Program-made: the position numbers and the translations under genes
Shown: piece after piece, positions 1 to 11,408 of the stretch
Position numbering within the stretch: position 1 is the first letter of the stretch
How the letters are laid out: every line of letters starts with the position of its first letter
Assembly: GCA_035652415.1 (NCBI GenBank)
Contig: DASRDW010000014.1
Location: 1-49,724, forward strand
Direction of reading: 5' to 3'
Source: Candidatus Angelobacter sp.
GTDB lineage: Bacteria; Acidobacteriota; Terriglobia; Terriglobales; Acidobacteriaceae
Length of the DNA: 49,724 nt
The notes under the pieces: model-generated
What the model saw: the letters and a program-made list of their open reading frames with translations, nothing else
Told to the model about the DNA's origin: nothing
The model's database searches: none

Positions 1-1747
<1,747 letters not shown>

Positions 1748-2652
1748 GAACTGCACTCCTGAATACTTCTGCGGACTCAACGAGCCCGCGGCTATTGCTG
1801 ATCCCCGGATCCGTCGTCCGTAGTTTCAGCACTTGATAAGGTCGGCTTGTTGTTGCGCTTGACTCAAATCGCCAGCCCAAATTCTCCGGCGCCGGGCATC
1901 TGACAAACTCGTGTGAGTTCATCTGGGTCATATTCGTGAACCCACATTGTGAAGGAAGCAGTTTTTGTTCCATTCCGGTTTTTGCGAGTGAAATCTGAAA
2001 ATTTTTGCTCCGCATTGCTCGGGAGAAGCGAGTGCGCAGTCGCGCGCTGTGGCGAAGCTCAAAAGCTGAGAAGATTTGCAGCAGTGGGTGGCGCCGATGT
2101 GCTTTCGTAATACCAAAGCCTTACTACGCCGATTCCATCAGGAGCTCACAGCAGAGATGGTTATTGTTTGTTCGGAAGAATTCCAAGCTCCTGAAACTTG
2201 TACACCAGCGCAAGATAGCCGGTCTTCAGTTTGCCCAGTAGTAGTTCATTTCTACAGTGGAACGTTCGTACCACCTTCCACGCGCATCCGGACATCCTAA
2301 TACTACGGTTTACGGGTAAGCATTCTCCGTAACGTTGTAACTTTTCACTGGGGCGTTGCGCTGCTTAGCTAGAAGTCAAAACGGTCGAAAGTGGACTTCC
2401 AGCGCGGACCAGCCACCTGTATGACTAAACTTCGTGAGTAGCACAGTAATTCGTACCCAGTGAAGAAAACAAGAAAACAAGCATGTTTCACAGGGTAATT
2501 CATGGTATTTTTGATCTAACGTTCGCTGACTGGCCCAGATTGAACAGTGTCTTACAATCCAGACGTCCCATTCTTCCCGATGGCCGTTTGCCTGGCAATT
2601 GAGGCCCAGATTTGCGAAACCACAGATGTAGCAGTTTCCCTGGGGGGCAACG

Positions 2653-3492
2653 GTGTCAAATCAAGGTCCTGCGCAAACCACTTTTCCCATTGAGCCGTCA
2701 TCACGGCCTTCCGCAAAAGCCGCGGGGGAACAATTAGAGCACAAAGTTTTTCAACGGACGCTGCTGCTTGCCAGCGCAGCGCATGAGTTGAAAACGCCTC
2801 TGGCTGTTATTGCCGGGTATGCCGATTTCCTTCTCGCCGACCATGCTGGTGCTCTCAACCAGCAGCAGAGAGGCATCTTGACGGAAATGCACCAGAGCAC
2901 GCTTCATCTTCAGCGCTTGATCGAGAGCTTCCTGAAGTTCAGCGCCTTGCAATCAGGAAAGTTCGAAATCCATAAGGAGCTCAGGGACGTAAACCAGTGC
3001 GTGGCCGAAGTCATTGCGCAATGGAAGGTCCCCTTCACAGCGCGTGGTACCACAATCGAATTTTTTCCCGGCGAATCCCTGGAGCCTTTTTATTTTGACA
3101 GCCTGAAATTGCAGAACGTTCTTTCCAATCTGCTGGACAATGCACTCAAGTTCACGCCGCCATTCGGGCGGGTCACCGTAACCACGCGGCCCGATCACTG
3201 GGAGCGGCGCAAGGCGAAAAAGAGCATCCATCTCGAACGCCGTAATTCTGCTGAGCTGAAGCCCAACAGTGTGCGCATTGATGTGACGGACAACGGGCCG
3301 GGCATTCCGCCGGAGCATCACAGCGACATCTTTGAGGAATTCAAGCAAATTGAGCATGGCGGACACACTCAGGGAATCGGATTAGGCCTGGCGATCGCCC
3401 GCAAGCTGGTGGAAGCGCAAGACGGAGAAATTCTGGTGAACAGCGCAGTGGGCCAGGGCAGCACCTTTTCCGTTCTGCTGCCCAGGGAATAA
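2653..3492 (+). CDS. Sensor histidine kinase (HisKA + HATPase_c) with no transmembrane or recognisable sensor domain
   Basis: H-box AAHELKTPLAVIAGYADFL, N-box LLDNALKFTP, G1 DNGPGIPPEHHSDIFEEF and G2 GIGLGLAIARKLVEAQDGEI are present. Only about 45 aa precede the H-box. GTG start. Confidence 0.85.
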   Translation: MSNQGPAQTTFPIEPSSRPSAKAAGEQLEHKVFQRTLLLASAAHELKTPLAVIAGYADFLLADHAGALNQQQRGILTEMHQSTLHLQRLIESFLKFSALQSGKFEIHKELRDVNQCVAEVIAQWKVPFTARGTTIEFFPGESLEPFYFDSLKLQNVLSNLLDNALKFTPPFGRVTVTTRPDHWERRKAKKSIHLERRNSAELKPNSVRIDVTDNGPGIPPEHHSDIFEEFKQIEHGGHTQGIGLGLAIARKLVEAQDGEILVNSAVGQGSTFSVLLPRE

Positions 3493-3504
3493 CGGAGATA
3501 CGAA

Positions 3505-4944
3505 ATGGCAGCTCATCCCAAACTCTTACGCAGGCCGAGCATTCTTGTGGTGGATGACGAGCAGAGCATGCTCACCTATACGCGTACCTTGCTGGAGACC
3601 AGCAATTATCTGGTGGATACTGCCAATAGCGGGGAAGAAGCCGTGGCCAAAGTAAAAAGGCATCCTCCGGACCTGATGCTGATCGATATGCAGATGCCCA
3701 CCATGAACGGCCTGCAGACGATCCAGGCATGCAGAAAACTTAATCCGGACCAGCGCATCATCATGGTTTCCTGCGTCACGGAAACCAGCAACGTGGTCCA
3801 GGCAATTCGCCTCGGCGCGCTCGACTACCTGACCAAGCCGGTTTACAAAGCAGAGCTTGACGCCGTGATTGCGCGCTGTCTTTCAATCGGAGAAGATCCC
3901 GAGGCCGACGTGCCGGTGCTCCACTTTACTGCCGTCACCTCACAGGAACATATTGACGATCTTTCCGACGATCTTTTTTTCCTGGCTTCCAGCCCGGCCA
4001 TGAAGCAGTTGCGGGCGCAGAGTGCCATTATCTCCAAGGTAGACGTACCGGTGCTGATTCTGGGAGAGAGCGGCGTGGGCAAGGAGGTTTTTGCCCGGCT
4101 CATCCACAAGCTTTCTCCGCGATCACAGAAGCCATTTCTCAAGGTAAATTGCGCGGCCCTGCCGGCGGAGCTGCTGGAAAGCGAGCTTTTCGGCTATGAG
4201 GCTGGCGCCTTCACTGGCGCGGGCAAATCCAAGCCCGGCAAATTTGAGCTGGCGAATTACGGCACCATTCTGCTGGATGAGATCGGCGAGATGAGTCCGC
4301 TGCTCCAGGCAAAGCTCCTGCACGTCTTGCAGGATGGTCAATTCTCTCGCCTCGGCGGGCGCAATAACGTTACCGCGGATGTCCGGGTGTTGGCGGCGAC
4401 GAACATCGATATTGAGAAGGCCATCGCGCAAAAGACTTTTCGTGAAGACCTTTACTACCGGCTGAATACCTTTACTCTGAACGTCCCGCCATTGCGCGAG
4501 CGGCGCGAGGAGATTCCTGCGTTGCTGAAACATTCCATGGCGCGGTATGCACGCAAATACTCGCAATCGCCGCTTGAGTACTCTGACAGGCTTCTGGCAG
4601 CCTGCCTCAAGTACCACTGGCCCGGCAACCTGCGCGAGCTCGGCAATTTCGTGAAGCGCTTCCTTGTTCTGCAAAATGAAGACCTGGCCATTTCAGAGCT
4701 GGAAGAAAGGAGTAAACCGCTGGTTACGCCAAAGACCATGCGGCCCGCGCCCGTGCCCATCGACAAAGGACTGAAATCGCTGGTGCGCAACTCAAAAGGT
4801 GAAACCGAGATGAGGGCCATTGAAGAAGCATTGCAAGCCACCAACTGGAACCGAAAAATGGCCGCAGTCCGGCTCAACATCAGCTATAAAGCGCTGCTTA
4901 ATAAGGTAAAGCAATACCGGCTGTCGCCGCCTGACTCGGAGTAG
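3505..4944 (+). CDS. Sigma-54-dependent response regulator (NtrC family: receiver + AAA+ + Fis-type HTH)
   Basis: Receiver ILVVDDE...DLMLIDMQMP. Walker A GESGVGKE. GAFTGA motif (ESELFGYEAGAFTGA). Walker B ILLDEIGE. C-terminal HTH AAVRLNISYKALLNKVKQY. It lies 12 nt downstream of the kinase gene. Confidence 0.9.
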   Translation: MAAHPKLLRRPSILVVDDEQSMLTYTRTLLETSNYLVDTANSGEEAVAKVKRHPPDLMLIDMQMPTMNGLQTIQACRKLNPDQRIIMVSCVTETSNVVQAIRLGALDYLTKPVYKAELDAVIARCLSIGEDPEADVPVLHFTAVTSQEHIDDLSDDLFFLASSPAMKQLRAQSAIISKVDVPVLILGESGVGKEVFARLIHKLSPRSQKPFLKVNCAALPAELLESELFGYEAGAFTGAGKSKPGKFELANYGTILLDEIGEMSPLLQAKLLHVLQDGQFSRLGGRNNVTADVRVLAATNIDIEKAIAQKTFREDLYYRLNTFTLNVPPLRERREEIPALLKHSMARYARKYSQSPLEYSDRLLAACLKYHWPGNLRELGNFVKRFLVLQNEDLAISELEERSKPLVTPKTMRPAPVPIDKGLKSLVRNSKGETEMRAIEEALQATNWNRKMAAVRLNISYKALLNKVKQYRLSPPDSE

Positions 4945-5019
4945 GGAAGTCTGAACTACACAAACCTCAAAGCTCGAAAAAGCAACCCTTACCGCGGATA
5001 ATACGGACACCGCTGATTT

Positions 5020-5077
5020 ACACGGATCAAAAGTTCTAACATTTTTGTAAATCCGTGTTATTCGTCTTCATCCGTGG
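5020..5077 (+). promoter_or_regulatory. Candidate enhancer (UAS) elements: inverted repeat ACACGGAT-N23-ATCCGTGT plus a third ATCCGTGG copy
   Basis: ACACGGAT at 5020-5027, ATCCGTGT at 5051-5058 and ATCCGTGG at 5070-5077. They sit 35-90 bp upstream of the candidate -24/-12 promoter and immediately downstream of the NtrC-family gene. Confidence 0.35.
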
Positions 5078-5109
5078 TGAGTTGCTTTTTGTGCAAAGCA
5101 ATCCCTGAT

Positions 5110-5125
5110 TGGCCATCTATTTGCT
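5110..5125 (+). promoter_or_regulatory. Candidate sigma-54 (-24/-12) promoter TGGCCA-TCTAT-TTGCT
   Basis: It matches TGGCAC-N5-TTGCW, with the invariant GG and GC at the exact spacing. It lies about 100 nt upstream of the next CDS. Confidence 0.55.
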
Positions 5126-5227
5126 TCAAGTACTGCAGCTGTCATTGCATTCAGTTGTTCTGCCTCGAATAGCAATGCAAATTAAGAGTTGGTCCTTTTG
5201 GCGATCAACCAGTCATTGGAGCTTGAA

Positions 5228-6823
5228 GTGCCTCGCAATACCGTTGTGTCTATCCTGTCCGCGTGGATGCTGTTTTCTCTGGCTGCTGCCGCGCAGACCC
5301 GCTTTAACCCGACTACGACGCTGACCGCCGAAACGTCAAACAATACCAGCGCCGCCGATGCCTTTCCCGGACAGAGCAATGGAAACGCCGCTGCCGGCAA
5401 TGTGAGCAAGGTCCCTCTTCAATCTCTTCTTTATTCAGGCTCTACGGCCAAACTGTACGCGCACCTGGTGCAGTGGTTCGGATATAAGAACCACGTGGAT
5501 GTGGGCTACAACTCAGGCGATGCTCTGCAAGTGCAGAAGCAGGTGACTGACATGGTGAGCCGCGGACTGGATGGCGCCATCATCGACTGGTATGGGCGCG
5601 GGAATACCCAGAAAATTCTTTATGCCAATGACGAGTCGGCCCAACTGCTGATGCATGAAGCTGAGCAGCACCCCGGCTTCAACTTCGCGCTGATGCTCGA
5701 CGCGGGCTCCACCCGGGAGTGCGAGAAAGAGCGCGACTGCAACCCTGCAGAAAATCTGATCGAAGATCTGAACTACGCTTACAGGACGTATGAAGGTTCT
5801 GCGGCCTACCTGAAGCAGGATGGCCGTCCCGTGGTGCTCTTCTTCGGGTATGAAAAATACGGCATCGACTGGCGGCGCGTGCGTGCGCGCCTGGACGGCA
5901 ACCCGGTCCTCATCTTCCGCAACTCCGGAGCTTTTAACAAAAAGGAAAGCGACGGCGGTTTTTCATGGGTTGCTCCGCTCGAAGCGGACAAACGCGATCC
6001 CATGGCCCTGGATTACCTGGATTATTACTACCGCACGGCACAGCGGCATGCCGGAGACTTTTCGCTGGGCAGCGCCTATAAGGGCTTTGACGATTCAATC
6101 GCGTTATGGGGCACCAAGCGTAGCGTGGAGCAGCAATGCGGACAAACCTGGCTGCGCAGCATCGCCGAGGCGGATCAATTTTATTCCTCGCAGCAGCAAA
6201 TGATCGGCATTCAACTGGTGACCTGGAACGATTACGAAGAGGGCACGGAGTTTGAGAGCGGCATCGAAAACTGCGTGAAGATTGCGGCGGGGACCAGAGG
6301 AACATCCGTCTTCTGGAAGATCAATGGCGATGACACAACCATTGACCACTACACGGTTTTCCTGTCACAGGACGGCGAAACCCTCATGCCGGTGGCGAAT
6401 GCCGCGGCCGATACACGCGCTCTCAATCTTGCCCCTTTCTCCCTGCAGCCGGCGGAGTACACGGTCTATGTGAAAGCCGTCGGAAAATCCTCTATGACGA
6501 ACCACATGTCAGAAGGGCGGCGACTGACAATCTCTGCTTCCTCGTCCAATGTCGTGAACACAGCGTCGCACGTGAGCGCCGGGATGCAAGTCTCCGTGAG
6601 CGGAAACGGCGCGGCGCCTGCGATGGTTGCTGTTACTCTCAACGGAGCGTTTCTTCCCCAGCAGGCTCTCATCGATTTCGGCGATGGGACTATCGTCGCT
6701 GGACAAACTTCCGTGGAACACGTGTACCGGCTTTCGGGAACCTACACCATCATGGCAACCGTCGAAAACCAGGCGGGCCTGAAATCTACGAAAACGGCTG
6801 TGGTCAACGTAACCGCACCGTAA
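5228..6823 (+). CDS. Secreted glycoside-hydrolase-like protein (GH71/GH99-like signature) with an Ig/FN3-like region and a C-terminal PKD domain
   Basis: The ORF opens at 5189. The GTG at 5228 gives a clean signal peptide (VPRNTVVSILSAWMLFSLAAAAQT). Catalytic-region motifs are GLDGAIIDWYGRG and LVTWNDYEEGTEFE. The C-terminal IDFGDGT...HVYRLSGTYTIMATVENQAG is a classic PKD motif. The enzymatic family assignment is tentative. Confidence 0.6.
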   Translation: MPRNTVVSILSAWMLFSLAAAAQTRFNPTTTLTAETSNNTSAADAFPGQSNGNAAAGNVSKVPLQSLLYSGSTAKLYAHLVQWFGYKNHVDVGYNSGDALQVQKQVTDMVSRGLDGAIIDWYGRGNTQKILYANDESAQLLMHEAEQHPGFNFALMLDAGSTRECEKERDCNPAENLIEDLNYAYRTYEGSAAYLKQDGRPVVLFFGYEKYGIDWRRVRARLDGNPVLIFRNSGAFNKKESDGGFSWVAPLEADKRDPMALDYLDYYYRTAQRHAGDFSLGSAYKGFDDSIALWGTKRSVEQQCGQTWLRSIAEADQFYSSQQQMIGIQLVTWNDYEEGTEFESGIENCVKIAAGTRGTSVFWKINGDDTTIDHYTVFLSQDGETLMPVANAAADTRALNLAPFSLQPAEYTVYVKAVGKSSMTNHMSEGRRLTISASSSNVVNTASHVSAGMQVSVSGNGAAPAMVAVTLNGAFLPQQALIDFGDGTIVAGQTSVEHVYRLSGTYTIMATVENQAGLKSTKTAVVNVTAP

Positions 6824-6973
6824 GCTCAAAAAATCGCACGCTTGCAGCACTGACGGAGAGCCCTAAGCGCATAAAGCCGGTTGCACAAACCTGGATACGG
6901 TTGCAGCATCTTACCTTTAGAGCCGCACCGTATTCCATACGTTGCGCAAGCTGCAGCCGTCTCGGGGGGAAGC

Positions 6974-7351
6974 ATGGAAACAGGCTCTGAGTGTGTCCTC
7001 TGTGTGGCCGACAGCAACGTCCGCATGAATTACATTGCGCGCACGTTGAAAAAGGCTGGATACAACGTGGTTTTATCGTCATCCACGCACAATGCGGTAG
7101 CAATAGTCGCCATCAGCAAGAAGCTGGATGGCGTGGTGATCGATGAAGACTTGGTGTTCGGCAATGGCTCGGTGGCGGAATCTATCAAAGCCGTGAAGCC
7201 AATTCCCATTCTGTTGGTCTGCGACGCCGGTCCGACGGGCTCTTTCCCCACATGCGTGGACCTGGTGACGGCCAATGGATCACGCCAGCAGATCCTCGCC
7301 GGACTGGCAAAGCTGCTGCATGCGCGCACTACGCTTCAGACCAGCGCGTAG
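6974..7351 (+). CDS. Stand-alone CheY-like receiver (possibly a pseudo-receiver) protein
   Basis: The ATG at 6974 follows GGGGGGA. The beta/alpha pattern is VLCVADSN...AGYNVVLSSS...LDGVVIDEDL...PIPILLVCD. The conserved Thr/Ser and Lys positions are not obvious. Confidence 0.4.
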   Translation: METGSECVLCVADSNVRMNYIARTLKKAGYNVVLSSSTHNAVAIVAISKKLDGVVIDEDLVFGNGSVAESIKAVKPIPILLVCDAGPTGSFPTCVDLVTANGSRQQILAGLAKLLHARTTLQTSA

Positions 7352-7817
7352 GATGCCGGGCTAGCATTTCTTAGCATCAAGTGGTGATGCCTGCCGGCCA
7401 GCCCGCAAGATCAAGAATCTGGTAACTCCAGGTACTCAGAATCTAAGATCGCACGGGCTTAGCTCCGGGATCACGTCGCGATTAAACTCTTCAGCGCTAA
7501 GCAATCTCAGGCGCGCCCTCGCGTGGATACCTATCGTTGCTGCTACTCTGGTTCGTTCGTTAACCTACAGCGGAATAAGGTTTCGGAGGCAAATAAAATT
7601 TTCCATTTTTGATGAAAAAATCAAAACGGACATCGCGCCTAAATCAAAGCGACTCGCTTTTCTGCGGAAACACAGGAGGATCTTCGCTAAATTAGGTCGT
7701 CTTTACTGCTTTTGCGAAATACAATCCTTACCATTGCTTGATTTTTATCCTCCAAACGCACTATTTTGACGAATACAAGCCATCTTTAAAAAAGGAGCAG
7801 AAAACGCAACCGATCCG

Positions 7818-8777
7818 ATGACTCCAGTTTTGGAGGTGCGTAATCTGGTCAAGGAATTTCCCGGCCATCGCGCTGTGGCCGGCATTTCACTGGCGGTTCC
7901 GCAAGGGAGCTTTTTCTCATTGCTGGGGCCTTCAGGATGTGGAAAAACGACTACCCTGCGGCTGATCGCCGGTTTTGAACAGTGTACAGCGGGTGACATC
8001 TTGCTCAAAGGTGAGCGCGTAAATGAGCGCCAACCCTATGAACGCAATGTGAGCACCGTGTTTCAAAACTATGCTCTGTTTCCTCACCTCACCGCCCGAG
8101 GGAATATTGAATTTGGCCTCAAGCGCAACGGGGCTCCGAACATCAGCCGTCGCGTTGACGATGCGCTTAAGCTTGTGAACTTAACGGAAAAGGCAGCTCG
8201 AAAACCCACGCAACTCTCCGGTGGAGAACGTCAGCGGGTCGCTCTTGCGCGCTCGCTGGTGCTTGAGCCTGATGTTCTGCTGCTCGACGAACCGCTGGCC
8301 GCGCTCGATCCAAAACTGCGAAAGCAAATGCGGATCGAACTGAAGGCCATGCAGCGTCGTGTGGGGATCACCTTTCTTCTGGTAACTCACGATCAAGAGG
8401 AGGCGCTCTCCATGTCAGACCAGCTTGCCGTCATGAACCAGGGACGGATTGAACAAGTTGGCCCTCCGGAAGAGGTATATTTGCGGCCGCAGACGCGCTT
8501 TGTCGCTGGATTTCTAGGGGCCGTCAATTGGATTGGCGATGTAGGCATTCGGCCGGAAGCGACAAGGATCGGCCAATGTACGGAGGACAGGCGCCAGCGA
8601 ACTGCGGCGGCAACGGTAATTGAATCTGTGTTTCTGGGTGACCGGATCCAAGTCCTGGTCAAATTAGCGAATGGTGAACAGGCCATTGCTCAAGTGAGCC
8701 GCAATTCGACTACATTCCAGTCGGGGCAAGCCGTACAGCTTTGCTGGGACGCCGCTGATGAGATGAAGCTGCCATGA
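7818..8777 (+). CDS. potA: Spermidine/putrescine-type ABC transporter ATP-binding protein
   Basis: Walker A GPSGCGKTT, signature LSGGERQRVALARSL and Walker B LLLDEPL are present, followed by a C-terminal TOBE-like regulatory domain. Confidence 0.85.
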   Translation: MTPVLEVRNLVKEFPGHRAVAGISLAVPQGSFFSLLGPSGCGKTTTLRLIAGFEQCTAGDILLKGERVNERQPYERNVSTVFQNYALFPHLTARGNIEFGLKRNGAPNISRRVDDALKLVNLTEKAARKPTQLSGGERQRVALARSLVLEPDVLLLDEPLAALDPKLRKQMRIELKAMQRRVGITFLLVTHDQEEALSMSDQLAVMNQGRIEQVGPPEEVYLRPQTRFVAGFLGAVNWIGDVGIRPEATRIGQCTEDRRQRTAAATVIESVFLGDRIQVLVKLANGEQAIAQVSRNSTTFQSGQAVQLCWDAADEMKLP

Positions 8778-9601
8778 AACTGCGTTCCTGGCTTCTTCTA
8801 CCGACATGGCTGGCGATGGTTCTTCTTTTTGCTGCGCCGCTGGTCATCGTTCTGATCTATAGCATGCTAACGCGGGGAGTTTACGGTGGCGTTGAGCATC
8901 CCTGGACGGCTGAAAGCTATCAGCGGTTAATTGATCCGCTGTACTTGGTAATCCTGCTTCGATCTTTCATTATGGCCCTGGTCGCAACCGCGCTGTGCCT
9001 GGTGTTTGCCTTTCCTGCGGCACTGTTCATTTCACGAGCGCCCAGGCACAAGAATCTCTACTTGCAGCTGGTGATGCTGCCATTCTGGACGAGCTTTCTG
9101 GTCCGGACGTATGCCTGGATGTTCTTGCTCCGGGATACTGGTTTGATTAACACAGTGCTTCAGTCTCTTGGGATCATTCATGAGCCTCTACAAATGCTCT
9201 ACACGAATGGAGCCGTGCTGCTGGGTTTGGTCTATGGATATCTACCTTTCATGGTGCTCCCCATTTATGCAATCCTCGAGCGGCTTGATCCCTCGCTTAC
9301 AGAAGCCGCGGCAGACCTTGGCGCCCGCCCATTGAGGGCCGTGTTCAGCGTAGTCATTCCTTTATCCAGGCCAGGAATCATCGCTGGTTGCGTTCTTGTG
9401 TTTATCCCGTGCCTGGGAGCTTATCTCACTCCAGACCTGCTCGGCGGCGGGCGCACGGTCATGGTTGGAAATCTGGTGCAGAACCAGTTCACCACCGCCA
9501 GAGACTGGCCATTTGGCTCCGCTGCTTCAATCTTCCTCATGGTCCTGGTCACCGCTCTGGTTTGGATTTTTCTGCGACGGCAAAGCGAGCAACTGGCATG
9601 A
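8774..9601 (+). CDS. potB: ABC transporter permease (PotB-like)
   Basis: It overlaps potA by ATGA. It has six hydrophobic segments and an EAA-loop LTEAAADLGARPLRAVFSVVIPLSRPG. Confidence 0.8.
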   Translation: MKLRSWLLLPTWLAMVLLFAAPLVIVLIYSMLTRGVYGGVEHPWTAESYQRLIDPLYLVILLRSFIMALVATALCLVFAFPAALFISRAPRHKNLYLQLVMLPFWTSFLVRTYAWMFLLRDTGLINTVLQSLGIIHEPLQMLYTNGAVLLGLVYGYLPFMVLPIYAILERLDPSLTEAAADLGARPLRAVFSVVIPLSRPGIIAGCVLVFIPCLGAYLTPDLLGGGRTVMVGNLVQNQFTTARDWPFGSAASIFLMVLVTALVWIFLRRQSEQLA

Positions 9602-10356
9602 GACGATGGCTGGCAGTTTACGCGGTTGGCTTCTTCGCTTTTCTTCACCTGCCTTTGGTTACGCTGGCGGTCTTCAGCTTCAATTCTTCCAAATTCACCG
9701 TCTGGGAGCATTTTTCGCTGGACTGGTATCGCGCGATATTCCGGGACCCTCAGCTTATTGAAGCCACATGGCACAGCGTTGTGATTGCGCTGCTGGCTAC
9801 TGCCATCTCAACAACCATTGGGACGTTGTGCGCCTACGGACTGTGGAAACGAAATTCCCGGTTGCTTACTGGAAGTCTGTATCTATCATTGGTGACGCCC
9901 GAGATTGTGACCGGTGTATCGCTCTTGGCCTTATTCCAATGGAGCTTTCGCTGGCTGCACTGGCATCTTGGACTTTACACCGTTGTTCTTGCCCATGTGG
10001 CGTTTTGTATTGCCTACGTGGTGATTGTTGTTTCCGCTCGATTGCGCACAATATCGCCAAATCTTGAAGAAGCAGCAATGGACCTGGGAGCAAACGAATT
10101 TCAAGCATTCTTCCATGTCATGCTTCCGGCTTTGTTGCCCGGCATCATCGCTGCCGCGCTGCTCGCCCTGACGGTCTCTTTTGACGATTATGTGATCACC
10201 AGCATGGTTGCAGGCGTGGATTCTGAGACTTTGCCGATGGTCATTTATGCCATGGCGCGACGCGGAGCAAGCCCGGTGATCAATGCGATCTCGGCGCTGA
10301 TCACTGTTTTCTTCGGAGCAGTCATCCTGGTCTCGCAGCGGGTACGTGAGTCATGA
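9598..10356 (+). CDS. potC: ABC transporter permease (PotC-like)
   Basis: The ATG at 9598 overlaps the potB stop (ATGA), giving MRRWLAVYAVGFFAFLHLPL... The EAA-loop is LEEAAMDLGANEFQAFFHVMLPALLPG. The upstream part of the 9388 ORF lies inside potB and is not coding. Confidence 0.8.
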   Translation: MRRWLAVYAVGFFAFLHLPLVTLAVFSFNSSKFTVWEHFSLDWYRAIFRDPQLIEATWHSVVIALLATAISTTIGTLCAYGLWKRNSRLLTGSLYLSLVTPEIVTGVSLLALFQWSFRWLHWHLGLYTVVLAHVAFCIAYVVIVVSARLRTISPNLEEAAMDLGANEFQAFFHVMLPALLPGIIAAALLALTVSFDDYVITSMVAGVDSETLPMVIYAMARRGASPVINAISALITVFFGAVILVSQRVRES

Positions 10357-11381
10357 ATCGCCGCGCATTCCTGCTTGGGCTTGGCACCGCGGCATTGGCG
10401 GGCTGCGCGCGTGACAAGCGCCCGCGCTTAAATGTCTACAACTGGTCTGCCTATGTGGCGCCGGATACGATCTCCAATTTTGAAAACGAATTCGGCGTCA
10501 GGGTGCGTTATGCGACCTATGAGAGCAATGAGGAGATGCTGGCCAAAGTTTTCACCGGCAACTCCGGTTGGGACGTTGTTTTCCCAACTTACAATCGAGT
10601 GGAGCCGATGCGGCAATATGGGCTGCTGGAGCCGCTCAGGCACGAATGGCTCCCAGGGCTTGCCAATCTGGACCCGCGCTTCCGCACTCCCCAATGGGAC
10701 CCGGAACTGCGCTGGGCCATGCCCTACATGTGGTTTGCCACCGGCATCGTCTACAACAAGGCGTTGCAGCCGCCGCCTGCGAAATGGGCTGATCTTTGGG
10801 ATACACGACTGAAAAACCGGCTCACCATGCTGGATGATCCCGAGGACATGATTGGAGCGTGCCTGAAGAAACTTGGACTACCTTTCAGCAGCACCGATCC
10901 TGAAGAATTGCAGCGCGCCAAGCAGGCAGCAATCGCACAGAAGCCTCTTTTGCGTGCTTACCTCAATGCCGAAGTCAGGGACCAACTGGTTTCCGGTGAT
11001 GTACTTGCCGCCCAACTTTGGTCGACTACGGCACAACAGGCGATTGATGCAGCGCCTAATCTGGCTTTTGTTTATCCGGCTGAAGGATTTCCGTTCTACT
11101 GCGATTGCGCAGTCGTCCTGAAGGAAAGCTCACGAGTGCGGCTGGCACACCAATTTCTTGATTATCTATTGCGCCCTAAGGTCTCAGCCGCGATTGCCGA
11201 TTACACCAGGACAGCCACTGCGAACGGAGCGGCTCGGGACTTGCTTCCGCCGGCAACACGAGACAATCCCACTCTCTACCCAACCGAAGCAATTTACAAA
11301 ATGGGTGAATGGCCCCGTACGCTGACGCCGGCCGCGCAGAAATTACGGGACCGCATTTGGACAGAAATTAAATCCTCTTGA
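10353..11381 (+). CDS. potD: Periplasmic polyamine-binding lipoprotein (PotD/PotF family)
   Basis: It overlaps potC by ATGA. The signal MNRRAFLLGLGTAALAGC carries a lipobox. Typical PotD-like stretches are LNVYNWSAYVAPDTISNFENEFGVRV and YMWFATGIVYN. Confidence 0.8.
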   Translation: MNRRAFLLGLGTAALAGCARDKRPRLNVYNWSAYVAPDTISNFENEFGVRVRYATYESNEEMLAKVFTGNSGWDVVFPTYNRVEPMRQYGLLEPLRHEWLPGLANLDPRFRTPQWDPELRWAMPYMWFATGIVYNKALQPPPAKWADLWDTRLKNRLTMLDDPEDMIGACLKKLGLPFSSTDPEELQRAKQAAIAQKPLLRAYLNAEVRDQLVSGDVLAAQLWSTTAQQAIDAAPNLAFVYPAEGFPFYCDCAVVLKESSRVRLAHQFLDYLLRPKVSAAIADYTRTATANGAARDLLPPATRDNPTLYPTEAIYKMGEWPRTLTPAAQKLRDRIWTEIKSS

Positions 11382-11408
11382 GAAGCGCTTTAGCGTTCGC
11401 TAACACCG

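Noticed and set aside
2606-2625. Sigma-54-like GG...GC elements upstream of the histidine kinase (ctggcaattgaggcccagatttgcg)
   Set aside because: The GG-to-GC spacing is one base too short or much too long for either GG. Sigma-54 promoters are strict about spacing.
7352-7817. About 465-bp ORF-free region upstream of the pot operon, examined for a riboswitch or RNA gene
   Set aside because: I recognised no known riboswitch core (for example ykkC/guanidine) and no tRNA-like cloverleaf. Only a short AT-rich palindrome, TTTTGAT-N6-ATCAAAA, is present. This needs an Rfam scan rather than eyeballing.
9388-9597. N-terminal 70 codons of the 9388-10356 ORF
   Set aside because: This stretch lies entirely within potB in another frame. 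The ATG at 9598 overlaps the potB stop and yields a normal PotC-like N-terminus.
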